Assembly (NCBI GenBank): GCA_965219455.1
Contig: OZ244744.1
Coordinates: 4,832,001-4,896,000, forward strand
Length of the DNA stretch: 64,000 bases
Source of the DNA: Candidatus Latescibacterota bacterium
GTDB taxonomy: Bacteria > Latescibacterota > UBA2968 > GCA-2709665
Direction: 5' to 3'
A program made the position numbers and the translations under genes. Below, one piece after another: positions 48,843 through 59,102 of this stretch (positions within the stretch are counted from its first letter, which is position 1; each line of letters opens with the position of its first letter). Under the pieces are notes generated by a model, which was not told the DNA's origin, did not search any database, and saw only the letters and a list, made by a program, of their open reading frames with translations.

Positions 48843-49706
48843 GTGTCCGATATCGAGCAAAGTATACATATCCGGCCGATGACGCCGGCGGATGTCGCGA
48901 CCGGCATGCGGTTCAAGACACTGGCCGGCTGGAATCAGGTCGAACAGGACTGGCGGCGTTTTCTGGCGCTCTCGCCCGACGGATGTTTTGTCGCCGACGT
49001 CGGGGGCGAGCCGGCCGGTACGGTGGTGACGGTAACGTTCGGCGGGGTCTGTGGCTGGGTCGCGATGGTGCTGGTACCGCCGGCGCGACGGCGTCAGGGA
49101 ATCGGCACGGCGATGTTGCGGCACGGGATCGCCCACCTTCAGGCCAATGGCGTGAATACGATCAAGCTGGACGCGACGCCCATGGGCCGGCGGGTGTACG
49201 TGCCGCTCGGATTTCGAGATGAGTACGGGTTGCAACGGCGGGAAGGGGTCGGACAGGCGTGCCGGTGGGCGTCGGTGCGCCCGATGCGCAACACGGACCT
49301 GGCCGACGTGGTTGCCTTCGATACGCCATACTATGGCGTTTGTCGTGAGGATCTGTTAAGGTTTCTGTACCGGGATTCAGGGGGCTTGTGCGGTGTCTTC
49401 CCACAGGACGGGCGCGCGATCGCAGGTTACGTGATGGTCAGGCCAGGCAGCGGCGCTTTTCAGATCGGACCTCTGGTGGCGGAACACGAGCGGGCCGGCA
49501 GGGCGCTGTTCTGCTGGGCGCTGGACCGGCTGGCCGGCGAACCGGTTTTCTTCGACCTGCCGCTGGTTAATCCGGACGGGACGGCGCTGGCCGGGGAATT
49601 CGGGTTTTCGGTGCAGCGCGGATTCACACGGATGTACCACGGCGAAGACCCTTACGGGGGTTATCCGCGGCAGGTGTATGCAACCTCGGGCCCTGAAAAA
49701 GGTTAA
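48843..49706 (+). CDS. GNAT family N-acetyltransferase (tandem, YitH-like)
   Basis: GWNQ, RRQGIG, LDATPMG..Y..LGF, QIGPLVA, GPEKG. Confidence 0.85.
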   Translation: MSDIEQSIHIRPMTPADVATGMRFKTLAGWNQVEQDWRRFLALSPDGCFVADVGGEPAGTVVTVTFGGVCGWVAMVLVPPARRRQGIGTAMLRHGIAHLQANGVNTIKLDATPMGRRVYVPLGFRDEYGLQRREGVGQACRWASVRPMRNTDLADVVAFDTPYYGVCREDLLRFLYRDSGGLCGVFPQDGRAIAGYVMVRPGSGAFQIGPLVAEHERAGRALFCWALDRLAGEPVFFDLPLVNPDGTALAGEFGFSVQRGFTRMYHGEDPYGGYPRQVYATSGPEKG

Positions 49707-49737
49707 GAGCGGCGGCGGTTTGAATAAGGGTGATACG

Positions 49738-50757
49738 ATGACACGGCGTCCGTTGCTGGGGATCACGATGGGAGATGTCTGCGGCATCGGTCCGGAGGTG
49801 ATCGCAAAGGCGTTGAGTCATCCGGAGGTATACGCGTTCTGCCGGCCGCTCGTGGTCGGCGACGTGGATGCCCTTGTCGCCAACCTGGCGCATTCGAAGC
49901 GTCGGATCGAGGTTCGAAGGGTCGACGCGCCAGAACAGGGTCGATACCGCTTCGGACAGATTGATCTGTGGGCACCAGTCGACGTGGATCATGCGCAGGT
50001 CGAGACAGGCCGGGTCTGTCCCGAAGCGGGCCGGGCGGCCGTGGAATGGGTGGTTCGGGCGGTGGATCTGGCGGTGGCGGGGCGGATCGATGCAATCGCG
50101 ACGGCGCCGCTGAATAAGGAGGCGATGAACCGGGCCGGATTCCGGTATGCGGGTCATACGGAACTGCTCGCGGAGCGCCTGGGCGTTTCGGATGTCCGTT
50201 TGATGCTGGCGTCCGAACGCTTGAACGTGGCCCATGTCACGGGACACGTGGCGCTGGCTAAGGTGCCGGAATGGTTGACGGAAGCGCGCGTTCTCGGCAC
50301 GATCAGACTGCTCCACGGCGCTCTGACAAACATGGGCCGGCCGCGTCCCCGCATTGCCGTGTGCGGGTTGAATCCGCACGCGGGAGAGGCGGGTATCCTG
50401 GGCGGAGAAGACATGGAATTGATTCACCCGGCAGTTCATACGGCGAATGCCGAGGGAATGCGGGTTGCCGGGCCGTTGCCCGCGGATACGGTTTTTCTGA
50501 AGGCGTACAACGGGGAGTTTGATGGCGTGGTGGCGATGTACCACGACCAGGGCCACGCGCCCGTCAAGCTGGTGGCGTTCCACGATGCGGTAAACGTGAC
50601 GTTGGGCCTGCCCATCGTCCGGGTGTCCGTGGACCACGGTACGGCGTTCGATATCGCGGGCAAGGGCGTGGCGGACGAGAACAACATGCTCGAAACGCTA
50701 CGCCTGGGGACGCGCCTGGCCGAAAGAAAGGAATTGAGACCGGTTGACGATGAGTAA
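49738..50757 (+). CDS. pdxA: 4-hydroxythreonine-4-phosphate dehydrogenase family (PdxA/PdxA2)
   Basis: TMGD..GIGPE, GHTE, LNPHAGE, PADTVF, MYHDQG, SVDHGTAFDIAG. Confidence 0.9.
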   Translation: MTRRPLLGITMGDVCGIGPEVIAKALSHPEVYAFCRPLVVGDVDALVANLAHSKRRIEVRRVDAPEQGRYRFGQIDLWAPVDVDHAQVETGRVCPEAGRAAVEWVVRAVDLAVAGRIDAIATAPLNKEAMNRAGFRYAGHTELLAERLGVSDVRLMLASERLNVAHVTGHVALAKVPEWLTEARVLGTIRLLHGALTNMGRPRPRIAVCGLNPHAGEAGILGGEDMELIHPAVHTANAEGMRVAGPLPADTVFLKAYNGEFDGVVAMYHDQGHAPVKLVAFHDAVNVTLGLPIVRVSVDHGTAFDIAGKGVADENNMLETLRLGTRLAERKELRPVDDE

Positions 50758-50783
50758 GACTCTGGCCCCGCGCCTTTGCGATT

Positions 50784-51161
50784 TCAGTCCATACCCGCGA
50801 TGAAATCCATGGTCACGAGATGGTCGCCGATGTCAGTAAACACCGGTGAACGCGCCGGTGGGTTTTCCGGGAAGAATGCGGCATAGGCGTCGTTGAAGTC
50901 CGCGAATAGCGATCGGTTGTTGAGGAAGACGGTGACCTTGAGGACGTTTTCCAGCGAGGTTCCCGCGTCTTCAAGAATGCCGGATACATTGGTGAGGATG
51001 CGGCGGGTCTGCGCCCTGACGTCGCCGGATTCCGGGTTCCCCGTTTCCGGATCCACCGGCGGCTGGGCGGAGATGAACATAAGGTCGCCGTATACAATGG
51101 CCTGTGAGTAGGGAAATTTGGGGATGTTTCCTCTCGGGCTGGTGAATGGTCTTTTTTTCAT
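50784..51161 (-). CDS. RidA/YjgF/UK114 family protein
   Basis: PYSQA, VLKVTVFL, FN..Y..FF...PARS. Confidence 0.85.
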   Translation of the reverse strand: MKKRPFTSPRGNIPKFPYSQAIVYGDLMFISAQPPVDPETGNPESGDVRAQTRRILTNVSGILEDAGTSLENVLKVTVFLNNRSLFADFNDAYAAFFPENPPARSPVFTDIGDHLVTMDFIAGMD

Positions 51162-51256
51162 GGCGTGTCCTTTCCGGTAAACATGCACTTTGTGGTCTCT
51201 GAGTGCCGTAATATACACCCCGCGTCTGCTTGCAAAACACATATCCCGTCAGGTAG

Positions 51257-52451
51257 ATGACCGATATGAAAACATCTGAATTTTCCGCGTACGAGCATAT
51301 CCTGGACAATCGGCACCACAGCGTGGCCGATTTTCTGCGAGTTCACCTGTCCGACGCCGACGTGTATCGTCTGGTTTCGGCGTATTTTACGATCTACGGT
51401 TACGAGGCTTTGGAATCCGAACTGCGGGGCGTAAAGGATGTCCGCTTTCTTTTCGGCGATCCTGCGTCCGTGGGCGAATTGGACCCGGGAGAGAAAGAGC
51501 CGAAATCCTTCGACCTGACAGAAGACGGACTCTCGCCGCATCACGTTCTGCAGCAAAAACACCTGGCGCGGAGGTGCGAGGAATGGGTGCGGAGAAGACG
51601 TGTGAGTATTCGGTCCATTGGCAAGTCCAACTTTCTTCACGGCAAAATGCATCTCTCTGAATCTTCCAATGGAGGAGCAGCGGTGGTAGGAAGTTCCAAC
51701 TTTACCAAGAGGGGACTTGGTTGCGATCAGGGGGCAAACGTCGAAATCAACCTCTCAACCGCTGATCCGGCAATTCGTAATGAATTGCGTACCTGGTTCG
51801 ACGATCTCTGGACAGACAAGGAACTCACCCGAAATGTAAAAAGGGAGGTCCTCGCCGCTCCCTCTGTGCCTATATTAATGAGGCAGGGTTCCCCGTAAAT
51901 TAGTGAGCAATTGAGAGGGCAAAGGAGCGTGAGGCCGCTTGAAGAACCCCTTTCCAACGGCAGACGAAGTCTGCTTGATATATTGGTCGATGAGAAAACG
52001 GCTCCCCCTGACACCGACCTCTTGCGCGAATCTGCGCTGAAACAGATATACGAAGCGCTTGAGCTCCTCACACCTCGTGAGTCGCATGTCATCAGACTCT
52101 ATTTTGGCCTCAATGGCAATGACGGCCTGACGCTTGAAGAAATCAGCCACATGATGAAGCTCACGCGCGAGCGGATTCGCCAAATCAAAGAGAAGGCACT
52201 CAAAAAGCTACGCCGTCGGGCGCGTTACGAGGAGCAAGAGTTAGTAACCAAATGGCCTATTACGTCAAGGTATCGAACGCCGTGACAGCCCACGTGGGCG
52301 GTGTGAAAAAGAAACGCATATTCGGGAACTACGGATTCACGGCGGGCGAAATACGAGGCTGCCCGTGAAATCCGTACAACCGGACCGAACTGATTTTGAG
52401 TTGGTAACGTCGCTTGTTATCTTTGAACGTGTAAGCTTAAAACATGCTTAA
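51257..52451 (+). pseudogene. Remnant of PLD-SNF2 helicase: N-terminal PLD domain (51257-~51860) and extreme C-terminus (~52360-52451), middle missing
   Basis: VSAYFTIY, LHGKMHL..GSSNFT..GL (HKD-like); after the sigma fragment, DFELVTSLVIF, which I recall as typical of this family's C-terminus. Confidence 0.7.
51911..52285 (+). pseudogene. Fragment of RpoD/RpoS-type sigma factor (regions 3.2-4)
   Basis: LEEP..SLLDILVDE, LTPRE..VIRLYFGL, TLEEI..LTRERIRQIKEKALKKLR; no regions 1-2. Confidence 0.8.
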
Positions 52452-52469
52452 TTGGACGGAACAGTCAAA

Positions 52470-53690
52470 ATGGCAAGTCTGACACAAGCGGATCTAACAC
52501 GTATCGTCGAAGCCCGCGAGTCTGATCGCGTCGAGTTCAAGGAAACACTGTCTGGTGATGCGACTACCAGGATCAGGGAAGCTATCTGCGCTTTTGCAAA
52601 TGACTTGCCGGATTACGATACTCCGGGCCTTGTTCTTGTGGGCGTGAAAGACGATGGGACGATTTGCGATTTCAGTGTAGCGGATCGGGTGCTCCAGACG
52701 TTGGCTGATATGAAAACCGACGGGAATATCGTCCCTCCGCCCTCGATGACGGTGGAAAAGCGTACGCTGCAGGGAAGAGAATTGGCGTTGATTACCGTGC
52801 AGCCATCCAATTCGCCGCCGGTTCGATACAAAGGAGCCATCCACATCCGAACGGGTGCCCGCCGTGGGACAGCCACGGCACAAGATGAAAGGATCCTCAA
52901 CGAAAGACGTCAGTACGGAGATCGCCCATTCGACATTCATCCGGTTTCTTTCGCTGCCCTGAGCGATCTCAACCTTTCCCAGTTCGAGCATGAATACTTG
53001 CCACAGGCCTTTGATCGCGATGTTCTGGTAGCCAACGAACGCACGCTCGAAGAACGGTTGGCCGCGACAAAGATGATTGCCTCCGCTGCTGATCCCGTTC
53101 CTACTGTGCTAGGCCTACTCGTACTCGGCAAACGGACGCTGGATCACCTGCCGGGAGCGTACATTCAGTTCTTGAGATTTGCCGGCAATGAAGTAACGGA
53201 CGACATAACCGATGAAGAGGCAATCAGCGGAACCGTTATGGACGTGCTGCGGCGCCTCGACGAGAAGCTGAACGGACACAACCGGACATCGGTTGACGTT
53301 ACATCGGGATCAAGAGAGAGGCGAGTCAGTACGTATCCTATCGCAGCGATCCAGCAGATCGCTCGCAATGCAGTCATGCACCGATCGTACGAGGGGAACT
53401 ACACTCCAACGCGAGTTTACTGGTACGACGACCGCATAGAAATACTAAGTCCCGGGGGAGTCTTCGGCTCAGTAACAATAGAAAACTTCGGTCGATCTGG
53501 CATAACGTCGTACCGGAATCCCAATCTCGCGGAGGCGATGAGAAACTTGGGATTCGTGCAACGATACGGCATAGGCATTCCATTGGCCAATCGGCTGCTT
53601 CGACAGGCCGGGCATCCGGAAATGGAATTCAACGTTGATATGAACAACGTTCAAGTCATAATACCTTCTCGCAAGGACGACCTGACATGA
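52470..53690 (+). CDS. Schlafen/AlbA_2 domain + RecG-C-like (HATPase_c_4) protein
   Basis: ESDRVEFKE, ICAFAN, GVKDDG, NAVMHRSY, DRIEILSPG, YRNP.LA. Confidence 0.88.
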   Translation: MASLTQADLTRIVEARESDRVEFKETLSGDATTRIREAICAFANDLPDYDTPGLVLVGVKDDGTICDFSVADRVLQTLADMKTDGNIVPPPSMTVEKRTLQGRELALITVQPSNSPPVRYKGAIHIRTGARRGTATAQDERILNERRQYGDRPFDIHPVSFAALSDLNLSQFEHEYLPQAFDRDVLVANERTLEERLAATKMIASAADPVPTVLGLLVLGKRTLDHLPGAYIQFLRFAGNEVTDDITDEEAISGTVMDVLRRLDEKLNGHNRTSVDVTSGSRERRVSTYPIAAIQQIARNAVMHRSYEGNYTPTRVYWYDDRIEILSPGGVFGSVTIENFGRSGITSYRNPNLAEAMRNLGFVQRYGIGIPLANRLLRQAGHPEMEFNVDMNNVQVIIPSRKDDLT

Positions 53691-54703
53691 CCGTTCCCGT
53701 TTTGACCTTTTTCAACAATAAGAGCGGTGTTGGCAAGACATCCCTGGTCTATCATCTGGCGTGGATGTTGTCCGACGTCGGTTATCGGGTGTTGGCCTGC
53801 GACCTCGACCCCCAGGCGAATCTAACCGCCGCATTTCTAAATGAAGAACAGTTGGAAGACCTGTGGCACGAAAACAACGACGCCTCCAACCGGACCATCC
53901 TGCAGTGCGTCTGGCCGCTGACAAAAGTCGGAGACATCAATGACCCGGGGCTTGCGGAAATTACACCTGCGTTAAGCCTGATACCGGGAGACTTGGCACT
54001 GGCGGGATTCGAAGACACGCTGTCGACGGAATGGCCTAACGCATTGGGTTCCGGCGAACTCTACCGTTCATTTCGTATTCTGACTTCTTTCTCAACCGTG
54101 ATGCAGCGTGGTGCAATGCAGATGAACGCCTCGGTCATTCTTGCAGACGTTGGCCCCAATCTTGGCGCGATTAATCGCTCGGCGTTGATTGCAACCGATC
54201 ACATCATCGTTCCCCTGGGCACCGACCTGTTTTCCCTCCAGGGCCTGCGCAACCTCGGTCCTACGTTGAATCGGTGGCGGGAAGACTGGAAGCGGCGACG
54301 GGACAACTGGAAGCAGCCGGAATTTCAACTGCCGGACGGGGAGATGCGCCCCGTCGGGTACGTGGTGCAGCAGCACGGCGTACGCCTGAGCCGCCCCGTC
54401 AAAGCATATGACAAGTGGGTCAATAGAATGCCGGCAGAGTACGCCCGGAACCTGTGTGACGATAACGAAGGACCGTACCCGCCCACACCTGCACAAGATA
54501 CGGAACACGCCCTTGCCACCGTCAAACACTACCGGAGTCTGGTGCCAATGGCTCAGGAAGTTCGCAAACCCATTTTTCATCTAACGACGGCTGACGGAGC
54601 GATTGGCGGCCACGCCGCCGCTGCAAATGACGCGCGCCGGGACTTCAGGGAACTGGCGATGAAGATCGTACAGCGAATCAATCTCGGGGATCGGTTCCAA
54701 TAG
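53687..54703 (+). CDS. ParA/MinD-like ATPase
   Basis: FNNKSGVGKT, DLDPQANLT, DVGPNLGAINR; ATGA overlap with the upstream gene. Confidence 0.88.
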   Translation: MTVPVLTFFNNKSGVGKTSLVYHLAWMLSDVGYRVLACDLDPQANLTAAFLNEEQLEDLWHENNDASNRTILQCVWPLTKVGDINDPGLAEITPALSLIPGDLALAGFEDTLSTEWPNALGSGELYRSFRILTSFSTVMQRGAMQMNASVILADVGPNLGAINRSALIATDHIIVPLGTDLFSLQGLRNLGPTLNRWREDWKRRRDNWKQPEFQLPDGEMRPVGYVVQQHGVRLSRPVKAYDKWVNRMPAEYARNLCDDNEGPYPPTPAQDTEHALATVKHYRSLVPMAQEVRKPIFHLTTADGAIGGHAAAANDARRDFRELAMKIVQRINLGDRFQ

Positions 54704-54808
54704 GTAGTCAAATTGTGTCCATAGGGGCATCTTGTAGCGTCCAACCGGAATCTCCGTTCGGGGCGACCCTACAGAGGGGACGGATGCCATTGGCAAGGAG
54801 AAAAATAT

Positions 54809-56497
54809 ATGAATATCAATGCGAGTATTATCGATCAGAGGATAGCGGGTATCGTTGAAGATCACCTCGAATGGCTGCCGGAAGGGAACGACATCAACAA
54901 AATGAAGTCGGCGGCATTTGTACTCCTGTGCATGTCAACGTGCCTTGAAATAACGCTTGCAGACAGTGCCGAATTGCTTACCGAGGGCGGGAACGATGCC
55001 GGCGTTGATGGGCTTCACGTTGGCGAGGTTGAAGACGGTGATTTTCTCGTCACGATTTTCCAAGGCAAGTACAAAGTCAAGGATCTAGGCGGCAAAGCAA
55101 ACTTCCCGGAAAACGATGTGCAAAAAGCTATAGGTACCGTTAGGGTGCTGTTTGATCCCAATAGGAGCGTCGCGCTAAACAAAAAAATAGCCCCTAAAAT
55201 TGAGGAGATTCGCTCGTTGATCCGCGATGCGTATATCCCCAATGTTCGGGTAATCCTTTGCAATAATGGAGAGCGGTGGACATCGCAAGCAGATCATTGG
55301 GTAACTGGCGCAGAAGAGGATTACGGCGACAAAGTAAAGTTCCTCCACTTCAATCACGATTCCATAGTCAGCATCTTGCAGCGCAGCAAACAGGTGGATA
55401 CCACCCTGACTCTGAGTGGGCAAGCTATTGTAGAAGATATGAACTATATGCGCGTTTTGGTTGGGCGCGTTTCCGTTCAGGAGATCCAACGACTGTTTAA
55501 CGAGCACGGAGACAGCCTGCTCGAGCGCAATATCCGCCGCTACCTTGGGCTGCACACCAATCGCGTCAACACTGCAATTCACGAGACGCTTTGCGCTTCA
55601 GACAAATCTGACAAATTCTATTTCTACAACAATGGCATTACCGCAGTCTGCGACCGATTTGATTACAACGCCTTTCAGCAATCAGACTATCAGGTGCAAC
55701 TCAAGAATATGCAGGTGATCAACGGGGGTCAGACCTGCAAGACGATTCAAGAAACGCTAAATGGCAGTTTGCCCAACCTATTCGGCGAATCAGCTTATCT
55801 GTTAATCCGCGTTTACCAGTTGGGCGATACAAATAAAGAGTTTGTCCAAGATATCACCTACGCCACTAACAGTCAGAATCCAGTGGACCTCAGGGATTTG
55901 CGATCCAACGATGAGATGCAGAAGCAATTGGAGTTGGGCCTGTCTGGTCTGGGCTATACGTATAAACGCCAGCGAGAGGAGGGCGGGGGTGAGTCAGCGG
56001 TCATTACCAGTTCGACTGTGGCAGAAGCCGTGCTGGCAATCTGGCAAGAAAGGCCGCACCAAGCCAGATTCCGTCGCAAAGAGCATTTTGGCAAACTGTA
56101 CGAGGATATTTTTAAGCCGCTCAACGCAGCGCAGGCACTGCTTGCGGTCTTGATTTTCAGAGCTGTGGAGAACGAAAGAAAACGCCCGACAACGGCAACG
56201 CCACCGGACTTTCTGCCCTATTCGTCCCACTACATCGCCATGTTGATCGGCCGCAAGCTGCTAAAAGATGAGGGGCTTACCCTCGACCGAGTTTCCCATC
56301 GAAACGTTCAGAGACTCCGACAGGTGCTTGAAGGCGAGCGAGATCAATACTATGCGGATGCCGTCCAAGCACTGAAAAATGCGTTAAAGGCTTGCTATGG
56401 CGACCGGGTTGTTTCACTCCAGCAGTTGTCGGCGACCTTCAGGCGCGGCGACCTATTGGAGATGCTCGACGACAGCGAGAAAATGGAGCAGGCATGA
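54809..56497 (+). CDS. AIPR (abortive infection phage resistance) family protein
   Basis: GGNDAGVDG..FQGKY N-terminus; ERNIRRYLG, FYFYNNGIT, QVINGGQT, ATNSQN. Confidence 0.9.
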   Translation: MNINASIIDQRIAGIVEDHLEWLPEGNDINKMKSAAFVLLCMSTCLEITLADSAELLTEGGNDAGVDGLHVGEVEDGDFLVTIFQGKYKVKDLGGKANFPENDVQKAIGTVRVLFDPNRSVALNKKIAPKIEEIRSLIRDAYIPNVRVILCNNGERWTSQADHWVTGAEEDYGDKVKFLHFNHDSIVSILQRSKQVDTTLTLSGQAIVEDMNYMRVLVGRVSVQEIQRLFNEHGDSLLERNIRRYLGLHTNRVNTAIHETLCASDKSDKFYFYNNGITAVCDRFDYNAFQQSDYQVQLKNMQVINGGQTCKTIQETLNGSLPNLFGESAYLLIRVYQLGDTNKEFVQDITYATNSQNPVDLRDLRSNDEMQKQLELGLSGLGYTYKRQREEGGGESAVITSSTVAEAVLAIWQERPHQARFRRKEHFGKLYEDIFKPLNAAQALLAVLIFRAVENERKRPTTATPPDFLPYSSHYIAMLIGRKLLKDEGLTLDRVSHRNVQRLRQVLEGERDQYYADAVQALKNALKACYGDRVVSLQQLSATFRRGDLLEMLDDSEKMEQA

Positions 56498-58583
56498 GAG
56501 AGGAAATCCAAGCCGCCTTGGTTGGGATTCCAAGCAATGACTTTAAGGCGGCAGTGCAGGACCTGCTGGCGGTCCTTGGCTACCGCGGCGAGCGGACGTT
56601 ACCCGGTCAGACGGGCGCCGTGGCCGATTTTATCGCGCAGTTTCCCGCTGCGAAAGAACGTACGAGGACGGAGCAGGCATTCTGCGAGTTGGTTCGGTCC
56701 ATGCGGCTCGTTTTTCAGGTGACAAGCGACGAGATTGCCGCCAGCACTCAACCCATGATAGCATTTGATCCCGCTTCCTTTGACAAAGCACATCAGCAAA
56801 GCTTTATTTTCTTCGCAGTCGAACTCAAGGAAGCGACCTGCACTCGAGGACAGTACGCACGATTCACCCGCGAGATCAACAAGCGCTTGAATCAACCCTC
56901 CGTTGTTCTCTTCCGCACCACATCCAATCTGCTGACTCTTGCCTTTGTTCACCGACGTGAGCACAAGCTGGATCGGAAACGTGATGTACTGGGCAAAGTG
57001 TCGCTGATACGCGAGGTTGACCCGGAGAATCCCCACCGCGCCCATTTGGACATATTGGCTGAACTGTCGCTGGCCGAGTGCGCTAGATGGATGGATCTCC
57101 ACAGCAAGCCGCATAATTTTGACGGCCTGCTGGCCGCCTGGTTAGACAAACTGGACACCGAGGAACTCAACCGACGGTTCTACGGCGAACTCTTCGACTG
57201 GTTCGAGTGGGCGGTGGAGGATGCGAAATTCCCGTCGACCGTGCCTGCGGAGCAACAGGTAATCCGTTTGATAACTCGAATCCTTTTTGTCTGGTTCATC
57301 AAGGAAAAGGGATTGGTCAGGGAGGAATGGTTCGTACAAGCCGAAATGGAACAGTTGCTGAGCAGTTTCGGTGGCTCCGACTACTACCGCGCAGTCTTGC
57401 AGATGCCCGTACCGGGGATATTTACCTGCTTTTCTACGAAAAAGGTTGTCAACTGCTGAAACCTACCCAGGGTTTGTTGGCCTATATCACCTCCAACAGT
57501 TGGTTGAAGGCCAAATACGGCAAGGCCCTTCGCCGGTACTTCTCGGAGCGACACACGCCCCTTCGCCTGCTGGAGATGGGTAAGGATGTATTCAAGAATG
57601 CAATTGTCGATACAAACATCCTGATATTACGCACCGGAAAATGCAATGAAACCGGCAAGGCGGTGGATATGGACCGTCTGGCGGATGAAGACTTCCCACC
57701 ACCCGAGGATCTTTGGGGGACGTTTCGACCGCGGGTTGAAAAGCCTTGGAGCTCGCTTTCGGCCAGTGAACAGCCCATTTTGGACAAGATGGAAGCAACC
57801 GGGATACAGTTAATAGAATGGGATGTCGAAATAAATCGCGGGACCGTAACGGGTTACAATAAAGCCTTCATCATTGACGATGCGACCCGACAGGCGTTGA
57901 TTGGCGCACATCCAAATTCAGCAGAAATCATCAGGCCGGTGCTGCGCGGGCGTGACATCCAGCGGTATCAGGCACGGTGGGCGAACTTATGGTTAGTATA
58001 CATCCGAAAAGGTACAGAAATTAAACGCTATCCGGCGATTTATGGCCACCTGCAAAGATATATGGTCGGGCTCTCAGAGAAAGCGGGAGCGAACAAATGG
58101 TATGAATTACAGGCGAGGTGTCTCATTCCTATTGACATGTTCCGGAGTCCGAGCGAAATGCTTGACGCGCGTTTTAGACAGGAGAAATTAGTCTGGATGG
58201 ACCTGACGGATCAAGGATGATTCGCATTTGACGGAGACGGAATGTTCTGCACCAACACAGTGTATATGTTGACCGGCCACTCGGTCAAATACCTATGTGC
58301 AGTACTCAACTCGAATCTGATAACTTGGTTTATGCGGAATACCGCGCTTACTTCAGGAATGGGCGTAACCAGATGGTTTAGTATTTTTGTCGAAACCATC
58401 CCTATACCTAAAATCACCCCTGTAATGCAGCGTCCGTTCGTCCTCATGGTGGAATGCATCCTTGCCGCCAAAGCGGCTGATCCAGCGGGGGACACCAGCG
58501 AGCAGGAAGCGGAGCTTGATCGGCTGGTCTATACGCTGTACGGACTGACGGCGGAGGAGGTTGCGGCAGTGGAAACTGTCTGA
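56494..58583 (+). pseudogene. Type IIG (Eco57I-like) restriction-modification fusion, internally deleted at ~57402 and with nonsense TGA at 58218-58220
   Basis: RLITRILFVWFIKEKG..YYRAVLQ joined out of frame to ARTGDIYLLFYEKG..YITSNSW; no DPxxGSG or NPPY; TaqI_C-like LRGRDIQRY; tail EAELDRLVYTLYGLT.EE. Confidence 0.85.
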
Positions 58584-59102
58584 ACCGCAGATGAGGCGGA
58601 TTATAAGGACTATACAGATTAAATCCTCATCATCCGAAGATCCGTTACACGCGCAGCGCAACGCCAGTAATCCTGGTCCTGATAATTGCGTGGAGGGAGT
58701 ACCCGATCGGAAACGGTATGTAATTAGACGGCAAATCGTCCAAGATATTGGCCGATTTTGGGAGGATCGCCTCTCGGGAGAAAGCCAGAAGCCCTTCAGG
58801 CGATGGCTCGAAGCAAAGTAGCCGGCGGTCCTGGACGAGCCTGCGTAGGTACATGGATGTGGCTAATGGATGCGTAACAATTTTGCTCTGGATCTGGCAT
58901 ATACAGGCGATTTGCATACGCACAGCAATGATAATAAAAAAATGAAAGACCGTTCTATCGCAATTAACCGATATTCTCCTACGTTGCGCCGACTGGAATT
59001 TACCTATTGCCAGCACTGCGGGTCGACGATTCAGTAAGAATAAAAAAGCCCGGCTTGATTGAGGGGTTAATAGATCAACCGAGCTTGAAAGGACTTCTCA
59101 CC

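Noticed and set aside
51911-52285. Functional sigma factor gene
   Set aside because: Only regions 3.2-4 are present, with no region 2 and no convincing start.
53687-54703. Plasmid or chromosome partition locus
   Set aside because: No parB, parS-like array or rep gene; it sits among defence genes.
1991-58220. TGA recoding (selenocysteine or TGA=Gly/Trp code) to explain the in-frame TGAs at 1991 and 58218
   Set aside because: The positions correspond to Gly and probably Arg, not Cys or a single amino acid, and many intact genes here end in TGA. Point mutations explain both.
58591-59016. Short ORFs between the R-M tail and DUF2806
   Set aside because: No recognisable motifs; probably degraded cargo and cannot be called.
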